Origin: an uncultured Candidatus Thioglobus sp.
GTDB lineage: Bacteria > Pseudomonadota > Gammaproteobacteria > PS1 > Pseudothioglobaceae
Direction of reading: 5' to 3'
Assembly (NCBI GenBank): GCA_964516395.1
Contig: CAZEYU010000004.1
Coordinates: forward strand, 1,348 to 65,347
Length of the DNA: 64,000 bases
The notes below the pieces were generated by a model. The model made no database searches. It was given only the letters and a program-made list of their open reading frames with translations, and was not told the DNA's origin. Shown one piece after another: positions 42,128 through 51,299 of this stretch. The translations under genes were made by a program, and so were the position numbers. Positions within the stretch are counted from its first letter, which is position 1; each line of letters begins with the position of its first letter.

Positions 42128-43081
42128 ATGCCCGATATTCTACTACCAATTCTCGCTTTATTATTAGGTTTTGCATTATTAATTTGGAGTGCTGACGAAT
42201 TTACTGATAATGGTGCAAAAATCGCTAATATTTTTAGCGTCTCACCGCTCATTATTGGTTTGTTAATTTTTGGCTTTGGAACTTCTGCTCCTGAAATGCT
42301 GGTTTCTGGACTGGCCGCCATGGATGGCAATACAGGGTTAAGTATCGGTAATGCAATTGGATCTAATATTTTTAATATTGCTTTGGTGCTCGGCATTAGT
42401 GCCATCATTCTACCTATTAAAGTCAATGAAGACATTCTAAAGAAAGAGTGGATATTTTTGATGGTTGCAACGCTGTGCGCTGGACTATTATTGTGGGACG
42501 GGCGCTTAGATTTTGTTGATGGACTCATCCTTATGACAATGCTCGTTCTATTTCTAGCTTACACTTTCAAAGAATCAAAAAATAAATCACATCATGAATT
42601 TGACGATCTAGAACAAAGCGTTGACAAAAACCAAACTACAAAGGCTTGGATAATGTTACTAGTGAGCTTGATCGTATTGATATCAAGTGCTAAATTAGTG
42701 GTTTGGGGCGGTGTTGAAGTTGCTAAAGCATTTGGAATTTCAGATTTAATCATTGGCCTAACTGTGGTGGCACTTGGTACAAGTTTGCCAGAATTAGCTG
42801 TCTCTATTGCCAGTGCACTTAAAAAACAGTATGAAATGGTAGTTGGCAATGTAATTGGCTCCAATTTATTCAACACCATTGCTGTTTTAGCAATTCCTGG
42901 CTTGATTCATCCTTCCGATGTACCTGAACAAGTCATGAGTCGTGATTACCCAATCATGCTGTTATTAACGATACTACTGTTTGTGGTTTCTTATAAATTT
43001 AGCAAAGAACATATTATTAATCGCTATGAAGGCGCGCTTCTGGTTGGCGTGTTTAGTTTTTACTTGTGGCAACTGTTTTAA
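42128..43081 (+). CDS. yrbG: YrbG-family Ca2+/cation antiporter
   Basis: Alpha repeats GTSAPE...GSNIFN and GTSLPE...GSNLFN. Confidence 0.92.
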   Translation: MPDILLPILALLLGFALLIWSADEFTDNGAKIANIFSVSPLIIGLLIFGFGTSAPEMLVSGLAAMDGNTGLSIGNAIGSNIFNIALVLGISAIILPIKVNEDILKKEWIFLMVATLCAGLLLWDGRLDFVDGLILMTMLVLFLAYTFKESKNKSHHEFDDLEQSVDKNQTTKAWIMLLVSLIVLISSAKLVVWGGVEVAKAFGISDLIIGLTVVALGTSLPELAVSIASALKKQYEMVVGNVIGSNLFNTIAVLAIPGLIHPSDVPEQVMSRDYPIMLLLTILLFVVSYKFSKEHIINRYEGALLVGVFSFYLWQLF

Positions 43082-43536
43082 AATTCAATACCCAAAGCGA
43101 AGAGCAAACAAAAGCACTTGCACAGCGCCTTGCTCTGTGCGTACAACGCTCAAAAGAATCTTTAGTTGTCTATTTAGAAGGTGATCTTGGCACTGGAAAA
43201 ACCACGTTTGCACGCGGTTTTATTCAATCTTTTGGTTTTAATAAAGTTAAAAGCCCAACCTACTCTCTGGTTGAAAGCTATAGCAATTCAACAATCACCA
43301 TTCACCATTTTGATTGCTATCGCTTAAGCGACCCAGAAGAGCTGGAATATATAGGCATTCGTGAATACTTAGGTAGTGATCATGTGCAGCTTATCGAATG
43401 GGCCGAAATGGGAAAAGGCATTATTGCTGATGCAGACTTGGTTGTTGGCTTAACTGGTGATAATGACACCAGAGTCATTACAGTCGCATTCAATAATTTA
43501 AAAGCTGAGCAATTACAAAAATGTATAGATTCATAG
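43066..43536 (+). CDS. tsaE: tRNA t6A biosynthesis ATPase
   Basis: GDLGTGKTT, VKSPTYSLV, HFDCYRL, IEW. Confidence 0.95.
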   Translation: MATVLKFNTQSEEQTKALAQRLALCVQRSKESLVVYLEGDLGTGKTTFARGFIQSFGFNKVKSPTYSLVESYSNSTITIHHFDCYRLSDPEELEYIGIREYLGSDHVQLIEWAEMGKGIIADADLVVGLTGDNDTRVITVAFNNLKAEQLQKCIDS

Positions 43537-44648
43537 CAGTACTTCTGAGCCTATTTTTTTTAAACAGTGCCGCTGCCAATGAAAAAACCACTTTATATGA
43601 TTTTAGATTTTGGAATTCACCTGAGCGAACTCGTATTGTTATTGATGTCGATCCTGGCGTTAGGTTTTCAGTTAACAGTCAAGATAGAAAAATCATCTTA
43701 AGCATTCGCAATGGAAAAATACTTAAAAACACTTATAAAAAACTTTTTTACACCGACAACAGAATTAAAAAAACTCACATTAAGCGCGAACGAAGCACTT
43801 TCAAACTAACCTTTAGCACAGGGCGAAAATATTTAGTTAAAAGTTATACATTAAAGCCTAATAATAAATATAAACACCATAGAGTGGTGCTAGATTTATA
43901 CGATAACAATCATCAAACCATTAAACAAGACACATCCAAAACGCTCATAAAAAAATTACCCAAAGTACAAAATCAGCTAAAAATTATTATGATTGATGCT
44001 GGTCATGGTGGTGAAGATCCGGGTGCTATCGGCAAATATTCTAAAGAAAAAAATATTACTTTAAAAATAGCCAAAAAATTGGCTAAGTTGATTAACAATT
44101 CTAAAGGTATGAAGGCAGTGCTCACTCGCCGTGGCGACTACCACGTTCGTCTCAGCAAAAGAATTCGCATTGCACAAGCCAACAAAGCCTCATTGTTTGT
44201 TTCAATCCATGCAGACTCTGTTAGAAGTCTGCGTGCTAGAGGTGCATCAGTGTACACTCTATCGGAAAGAGGCGGTTCTACTAAATTTGCCAAACGCTTA
44301 GAAAAAACACAAAACACGACTGACCAGTTTGGCGTTGAAAAATCACTGGCCGAAGATGATCAGTATCTAGATAAAATTCTATGGAAACTATCTCGTCAAG
44401 ATCGAGACATTCAAAGTCAAAAACTTGGAATGGAAATTTTAAATCAGATGGGAAAAATTGGCCGTCTGCATAAAAAAATACCGCAAAAAGCAGGCTTTGT
44501 TGTACTCAAAACACCAGCCATTCCTTCGGTATTAGTGGAAACTGCTTTTATCTCCAATCCAAAAGAAGAAAAACGCTTAAACAATCCTAAAGAACAGGCA
44601 AAAATTGCCAATGCCATCTATCAAGGCATTCTAAATTACTACAAATAG
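43521..44648 (+). CDS. N-acetylmuramoyl-L-alanine amidase (AMIN + Amidase_3; AmiB/C type)
   Basis: IDAGHGGEDPGA, EK, FVSIHAD, VLVETAFISN; follows tsaE. Confidence 0.92.
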   Translation: MYRFIAVLLSLFFLNSAAANEKTTLYDFRFWNSPERTRIVIDVDPGVRFSVNSQDRKIILSIRNGKILKNTYKKLFYTDNRIKKTHIKRERSTFKLTFSTGRKYLVKSYTLKPNNKYKHHRVVLDLYDNNHQTIKQDTSKTLIKKLPKVQNQLKIIMIDAGHGGEDPGAIGKYSKEKNITLKIAKKLAKLINNSKGMKAVLTRRGDYHVRLSKRIRIAQANKASLFVSIHADSVRSLRARGASVYTLSERGGSTKFAKRLEKTQNTTDQFGVEKSLAEDDQYLDKILWKLSRQDRDIQSQKLGMEILNQMGKIGRLHKKIPQKAGFVVLKTPAIPSVLVETAFISNPKEEKRLNNPKEQAKIANAIYQGILNYYK

Positions 44649-44656
44649 CCCATTTA

Positions 44657-44798
44657 TAAAATTTCAAAAATTTTTCACAAACTAATATCTAGTTAACAAA
44701 AAAACAACCCAAAAAGCCTATTTTTTAAGCTTAAAACACTGATTTTCTTCGTATTAATCGATAATCTTACGCTGATTTTAAAAATTTCTAAAAATTTA
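44657..44798. repeat. Paired-box, phased A-tract element, copy 2
   Basis: TAAAATTTcaaAAATTTTT (44657) and AAAAATTTctaAAAATTTA (44780), 123 bp apart; central palindrome TTTTAAGCTTAAAA (44723-44736). Confidence 0.6.
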
Positions 44799-44808
44799 TC
44801 TGAAGAGA

Positions 44809-45192
44809 TTATTGGGCTTTGGTTGGCTCATTCAATCTCCAAATATAAAATAAGCAAACAAGTGCAATTAATATTAGTAGCAATTGCAAAAATGGCCTAT
44901 CTTGTAAAATCATAATTGAGATAGAAAAACTTAACACAATCAACAAAGATGCTCGAAATTTAATACGACGAGAAACGGTTTTATTCTGATCCCATTGTTT
45001 GAGAATACTACCAAACCATTTGCTGTCTAATAATGCCTGATGAAATCTAGGAGAGCTCTTGGCAAATAAAGCCAAAGCTAGGATTAAAAATGGCGTGGTT
45101 GGCAAAATTGGCAATACTATGCCAATAGCACCAAGCAGTATAAACGCCCAACCTAATAGTATAAAAACATGTTTTTGCAGCGTCTTTCTCAT
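44809..45192 (-). CDS. ybaN: YbaN/DUF454 membrane protein
   Basis: GIVLPILPTTPFLILA, SSPRF. Confidence 0.9.
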   Translation of the reverse strand: MRKTLQKHVFILLGWAFILLGAIGIVLPILPTTPFLILALALFAKSSPRFHQALLDSKWFGSILKQWDQNKTVSRRIKFRASLLIVLSFSISIMILQDRPFLQLLLILIALVCLFYIWRLNEPTKAQ

Positions 45193-45227
45193 GCTAAGTA
45201 TTTAGCACAACTGAATTAACTATTAAA

Positions 45228-45560
45228 CTAAGATTTTTCAGGCGCATGGCCTTGTTCAGGGGGATGGTAATCCGGATCGTTAGGATTCATAAAAATAAAA
45301 CTATATTCATCATTCTCATCAACCTTGTCAAAATCTACTACCATACCTTCAAGTAATGCTTTTTGTTCGTATGCTATTACATATTCAACGCCATTAGACT
45401 CTAGGTGAATATCGCCTTCAGATCTTTCATCAAATCCCATTAAATACTTAAATCCTTCATCGGTTTGATCGGCGGCAAAACGAATTAACATCCCTTGTGT
45501 TTCTGGATTGTGTGTTGAGAGTGAAATTTCATCAGCAGCTTGTTTTGTAATTGTAATCAT
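45228..45560 (-). CDS. dsrR: DsrR, IscA-like
   Basis: MITIT.AA, Y.MGFD, FIFMNPND; follows dsrN. Confidence 0.85.
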   Translation of the reverse strand: MITITKQAADEISLSTHNPETQGMLIRFAADQTDEGFKYLMGFDERSEGDIHLESNGVEYVIAYEQKALLEGMVVDFDKVDENDEYSFIFMNPNDPDYHPPEQGHAPEKS

Positions 45561-46909
45561 GATTTATTTATACTTTTAATAAAATTAACAAATTGATCAA
45601 CCCATTGATTGCCAGCAATATTTCGAAGGTGCGTATAACTTGCAAGCAGGTTGTATTTAATTATACCGTCTTGCATATTATCCACACCAACGCCGCGCAA
45701 AACCTTAAAAGCGTAGCGTGTATTTTGATCTATATTTTCCAGCTTAGAATAATGAAATTCATGTGCATAAATCTTTTCAGAGACACCCTCCCACGGATGA
45801 TCTTCTAAAGACTCTAGCTGTACATATCCCCTGCCAATGGGTTTTTTTGTCATTATTGTGTCAGCATCAATAACGCCAACCATTGGATAGCTTTGATTAT
45901 CACTAGTGATTTGATTACTCAAATACATAAGTCCACCGCACTCTGCATAACTCGGCAAACCTGAGGTAATTTTTGATTTAATATCTGCTAACAAAGATTG
46001 ATTAGCACTCAGTGCTTTTAGCTGTGTCTCTGGAAATCCGCCACCAATATATAGCCCGTCACACTCAGGCAAGTGGGTATCTCTAAGTGCATCAAAATAC
46101 TTAATTTTCACACCTAATGCATTAAACCTATCTAAATCATCTGGATAATAAAAGCCAAACGCACTATCCTTAGCAACTGCAACACTTAAAGAGTGTTGAT
46201 TTAATACTTCCGGTATTACTGGTGTTTTAATCGACGTTTGTCCTATATTAATTACCTTATCAAGATCAACCTGATCGGCAATATGCTTGGCAGCACGATC
46301 AATAAATTGTTGGGATTGTGGCGCTTCACTAGCCGGCATTAACCCTAAATGACGCTCATCAATAATCAGCTCTTTATTTCGCCTAATAGACCCAAGAATA
46401 GGAATATCAGTGTAATGCTCTATGGCTTGAATTAATTTTGATTCATGTCTCACACCTGCTACTTTATTCAGAATAACACCTGCGATATTAATCTCATTAT
46501 CAAATGCCTGATATCCACTTACCAAAGCCGCAACACCACGAGTGATGCCAATGGTATCCACCACCAGTACAACTGGAATATTAAGTAGCTTCGCAAGATC
46601 TGCATTAGCATCACCACCAGTAACACTCATGCCATCGTATAAACCTTTATTGCCTTCAATAATAGATAGGTCTGCTAAGGCATTTTTTGACTGATAGAGA
46701 TTAAAAATCTCATGGCGACTCATGTTGTAAAAATCTAAGTTATAACATGATTTACCACTGGCTTGGGACAGCCAAATTGGATCAATATAATCAGGGCCTT
46801 TTTTAAAGGGCTGAATATCAAGAGACCTATTTTTGAGCGCTGCGCACAACCCTAAACTAACAACTGTTTTGCCTGAAGATTTGTGTGCAGCAGATAGATA
46901 TATGGACAT
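45557..46909 (-). CDS. dsrN: Siroheme amidase DsrN (cobyrinate diamide synthase family)
   Basis: AHKSSGKT, KKGPDYID, EGNKGLYDG, AECGG, HEFHY; dsr context. Confidence 0.92.
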   Translation of the reverse strand: MSIYLSAAHKSSGKTVVSLGLCAALKNRSLDIQPFKKGPDYIDPIWLSQASGKSCYNLDFYNMSRHEIFNLYQSKNALADLSIIEGNKGLYDGMSVTGGDANADLAKLLNIPVVLVVDTIGITRGVAALVSGYQAFDNEINIAGVILNKVAGVRHESKLIQAIEHYTDIPILGSIRRNKELIIDERHLGLMPASEAPQSQQFIDRAAKHIADQVDLDKVINIGQTSIKTPVIPEVLNQHSLSVAVAKDSAFGFYYPDDLDRFNALGVKIKYFDALRDTHLPECDGLYIGGGFPETQLKALSANQSLLADIKSKITSGLPSYAECGGLMYLSNQITSDNQSYPMVGVIDADTIMTKKPIGRGYVQLESLEDHPWEGVSEKIYAHEFHYSKLENIDQNTRYAFKVLRGVGVDNMQDGIIKYNLLASYTHLRNIAGNQWVDQFVNFIKSINKS

Positions 46910-46933
46910 TGTCTGCCCTATTATAAGTAGATT

Positions 46934-48136
46934 TTAGCTTTTATGATGCGGATCAGCTACCTCATCAGCTAAGCTTTCTGGCAAGAATGGTAAAAACTTA
47001 ACCAGGAAAGTAATTGCGATAATACTAACTGCAACACCACCAATACCTAATAATGTCTCTGCTAAAGTTGGTGTGTAGTTTGCGATACCGCCATAGCCTT
47101 GTAATATTTCCATACCAGGGAACATTTCCATTGGATAAGCTTGACCACCAACGATTAGCACATACATTTGTGCAAGACCACCAAGAATAACCAACACTGA
47201 TGCTAAGCCTAGCATTGAACGATTACCCTTTGTAGCTGGATGATAGATCAACGCCATTGGCACTAAACCGCCTAAAATTATTTGACCATACCAGAATAAG
47301 TTTGTATAAACACCACCATCAAATAAGATGAAATTTTCAACACCTGTGTTTTCGGCTAAGTACAAATTACCCACATGGTAAACAGCAACAAAATAAAGAA
47401 CTGCTGCTACAAATACACCCAATAAATTACCCAAGCGACTGACCACTGCATCGCCCAGTGGACGCTCGCTCCATTTATAACTAGCCATTAATACCAGTAA
47501 ATAAAATGCTAAACCAAAGGCAAACGACATAATGATGAACATAGGCGCCATAATAACTGCATCATAAGCCTGACGAGCCACTAAGAAACCAAAAATTGAA
47601 CCTGTACCTGTGGTTAAAATCAAACGCCAAGTAAATGCAGTTAATCCAGCCTTAGAGCTAAATTTATTCATTCGACGCTCAAACATCATCCATAAATAAA
47701 CTGCAACAATTGCAAAGAAACCGTTATACAAAATAATATTCCAGGCAAAGATTGACTTAAAGTTGTAAGATGTCATGGCCACAATCAAACGATCAGGTCG
47801 GCCTAGATCTAGTACCAATACCATCAAACCACCAGCCAGTAGTGCTAATGCAACAAGGCCAGATAAACGCGATAGTGGCTTGTACATCTTCTTGTGAAAT
47901 ACTGATGCGATTGATGCAACATTGAGTGCGCCAGAAGCAGCAACAATTAAAAATAGTGCAAACACATGAGGCATACCCCAAACAATGCGGTTGCTCATGC
48001 CGGTTACGTGATGACCATTATGCTCCATGTAGTAAACACCACCTAATGCCGCTAAAATTAAAACGCCCAGCCCTGCAATCAGTGCATAGAAACCTAGACT
48101 TTTTCCCTCAATTTGTTCGTAACGAATATTAGCCAT
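46934..48136 (-). CDS. dsrP: DsrP, NrfD-family membrane protein
   Basis: WGMPHVFA, DLGRPDRL, many TM segments. Confidence 0.93.
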   Translation of the reverse strand: MANIRYEQIEGKSLGFYALIAGLGVLILAALGGVYYMEHNGHHVTGMSNRIVWGMPHVFALFLIVAASGALNVASIASVFHKKMYKPLSRLSGLVALALLAGGLMVLVLDLGRPDRLIVAMTSYNFKSIFAWNIILYNGFFAIVAVYLWMMFERRMNKFSSKAGLTAFTWRLILTTGTGSIFGFLVARQAYDAVIMAPMFIIMSFAFGLAFYLLVLMASYKWSERPLGDAVVSRLGNLLGVFVAAVLYFVAVYHVGNLYLAENTGVENFILFDGGVYTNLFWYGQIILGGLVPMALIYHPATKGNRSMLGLASVLVILGGLAQMYVLIVGGQAYPMEMFPGMEILQGYGGIANYTPTLAETLLGIGGVAVSIIAITFLVKFLPFLPESLADEVADPHHKS

Positions 48137-48149
48137 ATTACCCTTACCC

Positions 48150-48884
48150 TTAGATTCCGCTATAACGCACACCAGTATTCAGATTTAAATCTGCTCTGAT
48201 CTGAGTTGACTGTATTTTTCTTAATGTTTGATTGATCTTACTTGATGGATCTTTTAGATCACCAAAAATAACTGCATCTGAACTGACTGCTTCAACACAG
48301 GCTGGCAATTCACCTTTATCAACCTTATGAACACACATCGTACACGCTTCAACGGTACCCTTGCCTCTAGGCATATGTTCTTTTTGGTCAGTAATAGTTT
48401 CATGTGCAAATGAACGAGCGTCGTAAGGACAAGCCATCATACAGTAACGACAACCAATACATAAATGTCTGTCAACCAATACAATACCGTCCTCACGCTT
48501 CATAGAAGCATTGGTAGGACAAACATCAACACAAGGCGGTTGTTCACAATGCTGACACATTAACGCTAAATTACTAACGCGTTGTGTAGCTGTATCTTTA
48601 ACTTTAACTTTTTTAATCCAGCCTGGTTTTTGATCACCTGTTGAGTGTGCCTCACCACCCCAGCCTTGCTCTTCTTGACAGGCATTAATCATGCTATCAA
48701 TATTGTCTTCTGTTAATTTATTAGTATCAATCAACATACCCCAGCGCTTTTCATTAGTAACTGGATCTGACTCTTCAAAATCAGCTGCAAATGTTGTTAA
48801 TGTAATACCGCTGGCAATCGTGGCAACACCTGCTGTAGTAGCGGTTGTGCTTTTGATAAATTCACGACGATTTAATTCTTTCAT
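48150..48884 (-). CDS. dsrO: DsrO, Tat-exported ferredoxin
   Basis: NRREFIK Tat motif; CQHCEQPPCVDVCP, CIGCRYCMMACP, CTMC...PAC. Confidence 0.93.
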   Translation of the reverse strand: MKELNRREFIKSTTATTAGVATIASGITLTTFAADFEESDPVTNEKRWGMLIDTNKLTEDNIDSMINACQEEQGWGGEAHSTGDQKPGWIKKVKVKDTATQRVSNLALMCQHCEQPPCVDVCPTNASMKREDGIVLVDRHLCIGCRYCMMACPYDARSFAHETITDQKEHMPRGKGTVEACTMCVHKVDKGELPACVEAVSSDAVIFGDLKDPSSKINQTLRKIQSTQIRADLNLNTGVRYSGI

Positions 48885-49288
48885 TACATTTCCTCCGCTG
48901 GCGTAGTACGATGACAAGAAAAACAGTCTAGACTTGTTCCAACTTTTTGATGACACGTTGAACAGAATTGATCAGGTGCATTCACTGGAATGTAGTCGCC
49001 ACTTTTATCAACAGAAGTGTGGCATTCAACACATTTTTTTAACTGAACATTACCACCACGCACACCTTGACGCAAAGTTTTATCGCGCTTATGTGATAAA
49101 AGCTCAGGGTGCATTTTTCTTTGCATAATCAAACTTGCTGCATGACTCATACCGTCACGCTTGTGAGCCTCTTTACCCTCATCCTTAAACTCGGTCGCCT
49201 TTTCGCCAAAGTTAGGAATATGGTGATCAGCATGTGCAATAACACTGCTTAACATCACACTTAGAAAAACAATCAATAAACGACTCAT
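48884..49288 (-). CDS. dsrJ: DsrJ triheme cytochrome c
   Basis: Signal peptide; CVECH, CSTCH, CFSCH; H.RD.T.R.G. Confidence 0.92.
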   Translation of the reverse strand: MSRLLIVFLSVMLSSVIAHADHHIPNFGEKATEFKDEGKEAHKRDGMSHAASLIMQRKMHPELLSHKRDKTLRQGVRGGNVQLKKCVECHTSVDKSGDYIPVNAPDQFCSTCHQKVGTSLDCFSCHRTTPAEEM

Positions 49289-49317
49289 AACCACTCTCTT
49301 TAAAAAATTAAATCGTA

Positions 49318-51282
49318 TTACTCACCCAGACCCATCTGAATGTATCCTGTTGGACAAACATCCGCACAGATATGACAACCAACACACTTAGAGTAGTCAG
49401 TATCAACATATCTACCTAGTGTAGCTTGATCTTTTTTAACTTTAAATACCGCATCTTGTGGACAATACATGACACAGTTATCACACTCGAAACATAGGCC
49501 ACATGACATACAACGAGAAGCTTCTTTTTGCACTTCTTCTTCTGTGTAACCAATTAAACGCTCTTCAAAGTTACCCAATACATTATCAACATCGACTAAT
49601 TTGTGATCACGTTGATTACGATCTTCATGATCAAAATGACCTAGGAATAATTCAGTATGTGAAACAATTGATGCATAAGCACGATCTTCATAGTTATGAA
49701 TTGCATAACTTGCAGTATCCGTACCTTCGCCTGGTGTACCGCCTTTAGTGTATTCTGTTGGAGAAAGATCCCACTCATCAAGTTTCTTAGCAAGATCAAA
49801 GTAATGCACATCAACTTTGTTACGAGCCTGTTGGTCTTTACCACTTAAGTAATCATCAATACTTTCAGATACGATTGCCGCTTGACCGATAGCAGTTGTT
49901 AATAAGTGAGGACGAACCACGTCACCACATACAAAGAAACCCGGCTTGTTAGGAACTTGATAGTTCTTATCAGCATCAATAAAGCCATGCTCGTTAAAGA
50001 ATGAATTATCCATGCCTTCAGAATCAACAGTCTGACCAATTGCAGATACAATCAAGTCACACTCAATGTCAAATTCAGAGCCTTCAATTGGTGTCGAACC
50101 ATCTTCTTCAAGACGCTGGAAGCGTAGTGCAGTTGCACGACCGTTATCATCAGTAATAACCTCAACTGGGCTTAATTGACCTTGAATATCAACACCTTCA
50201 CGAGTTGCATCATCAATTTCCTCTTGTGCTGCGGGCATATCTTCAACAGTTGAACGCGTTGTAAGTAACACATCAGCACCTAGACGCTTAGAAGTATCAA
50301 CCACATCATGCGCTGTATCATTGAAAATAATGTGTTCTGGACGATCTTTATCAGCAGTGTTAGAGATATTACCCAAACGACGTGCAACAGATACAACGTC
50401 GATTGATGTATCACCGCCACCAATACAAATCACTTTACCAGTAATGTGTTGTAGGCGACCTTGGTTGTACGCCTCAAGGAAGGCAACACCAGATACACAG
50501 TTAGATGCATCGCCACCTGGAATAGGCAATGTACGTCCACTCATTGCACCAATGGCAAATAATACTGCGTCAAAATCTTTTTCTAATTCTTCGATAGTTA
50601 CATCAACACCAACTTTAGTGTTCATTTTTGTTTCAACACCTGTTGCAATAATACGGTCAATTTCATGAGATAAAACATCACGTGGCACACGATAATCGGG
50701 AATGCCGTACATCATCATGCCACCTAATTGATCATATTTTTCAAATACTGTTACACTGTGACCTTGACGACGAAGCTGCAATGCTGCAGCTAAACCACCA
50801 CAACCACCACCAATGATTGCAACTTTTTTACCTGTATCAGCAGCGTCAATTTCAAATGTGTAACCTTCTTCTTTGGCATTATCACCAATGAATTGCTCAA
50901 CCGCATTAATACCAACCGTATCTTCAACTTCATTACGATTACAACCATCTTCACAAGGTGCAGGACATACACGACCCATCACTGATGGGAAAGGGTTTGC
51001 AGAAGTTGAACGACGGAATGCGTACTCTTGCCAAGACATATCACCACTTGGCTTTTCCATACCACGTACGATATCTAACCAGCCACGAATGTTGTGGCCT
51101 GAAGGGCATGAACCTTGACAAGGAGGTGTTTGCGTAATGTAAGTAGGACACTTATGAGAAGTATCTTCTTTAAAAATCTTCTGATTCCATGGAACTTTTT
51201 TCTGATTATCTCCATCATCAGTGTATAGTCTAAAAGTATGATTTTCACCTTTGGTTGGTGTGCCATATGGGTTCTTTTGCAT
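49318..51282 (-). CDS. dsrL: DsrL NAD(P)H oxidoreductase
   Basis: [26 protein letters not shown]-terminal ferredoxin motifs. Confidence 0.94.
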   Translation of the reverse strand: MQKNPYGTPTKGENHTFRLYTDDGDNQKKVPWNQKIFKEDTSHKCPTYITQTPPCQGSCPSGHNIRGWLDIVRGMEKPSGDMSWQEYAFRRSTSANPFPSVMGRVCPAPCEDGCNRNEVEDTVGINAVEQFIGDNAKEEGYTFEIDAADTGKKVAIIGGGCGGLAAALQLRRQGHSVTVFEKYDQLGGMMMYGIPDYRVPRDVLSHEIDRIIATGVETKMNTKVGVDVTIEELEKDFDAVLFAIGAMSGRTLPIPGGDASNCVSGVAFLEAYNQGRLQHITGKVICIGGGDTSIDVVSVARRLGNISNTADKDRPEHIIFNDTAHDVVDTSKRLGADVLLTTRSTVEDMPAAQEEIDDATREGVDIQGQLSPVEVITDDNGRATALRFQRLEEDGSTPIEGSEFDIECDLIVSAIGQTVDSEGMDNSFFNEHGFIDADKNYQVPNKPGFFVCGDVVRPHLLTTAIGQAAIVSESIDDYLSGKDQQARNKVDVHYFDLAKKLDEWDLSPTEYTKGGTPGEGTDTASYAIHNYEDRAYASIVSHTELFLGHFDHEDRNQRDHKLVDVDNVLGNFEERLIGYTEEEVQKEASRCMSCGLCFECDNCVMYCPQDAVFKVKKDQATLGRYVDTDYSKCVGCHICADVCPTGYIQMGLGE

Positions 51283-51299
51283 CTCGAATCTCCTTATTA

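Noticed and set aside
42112..42528. Antisense ORFs in the track (this one, 8412..8843, 55265..55726 and similar)
   Set aside because: They are shadows of well-supported genes on the other strand, with no recognisable motifs.
45228..45560. Pseudogenised IscA (no Cys)
   Set aside because: Its position after dsrN and the loss of IscA cysteines fit DsrR.
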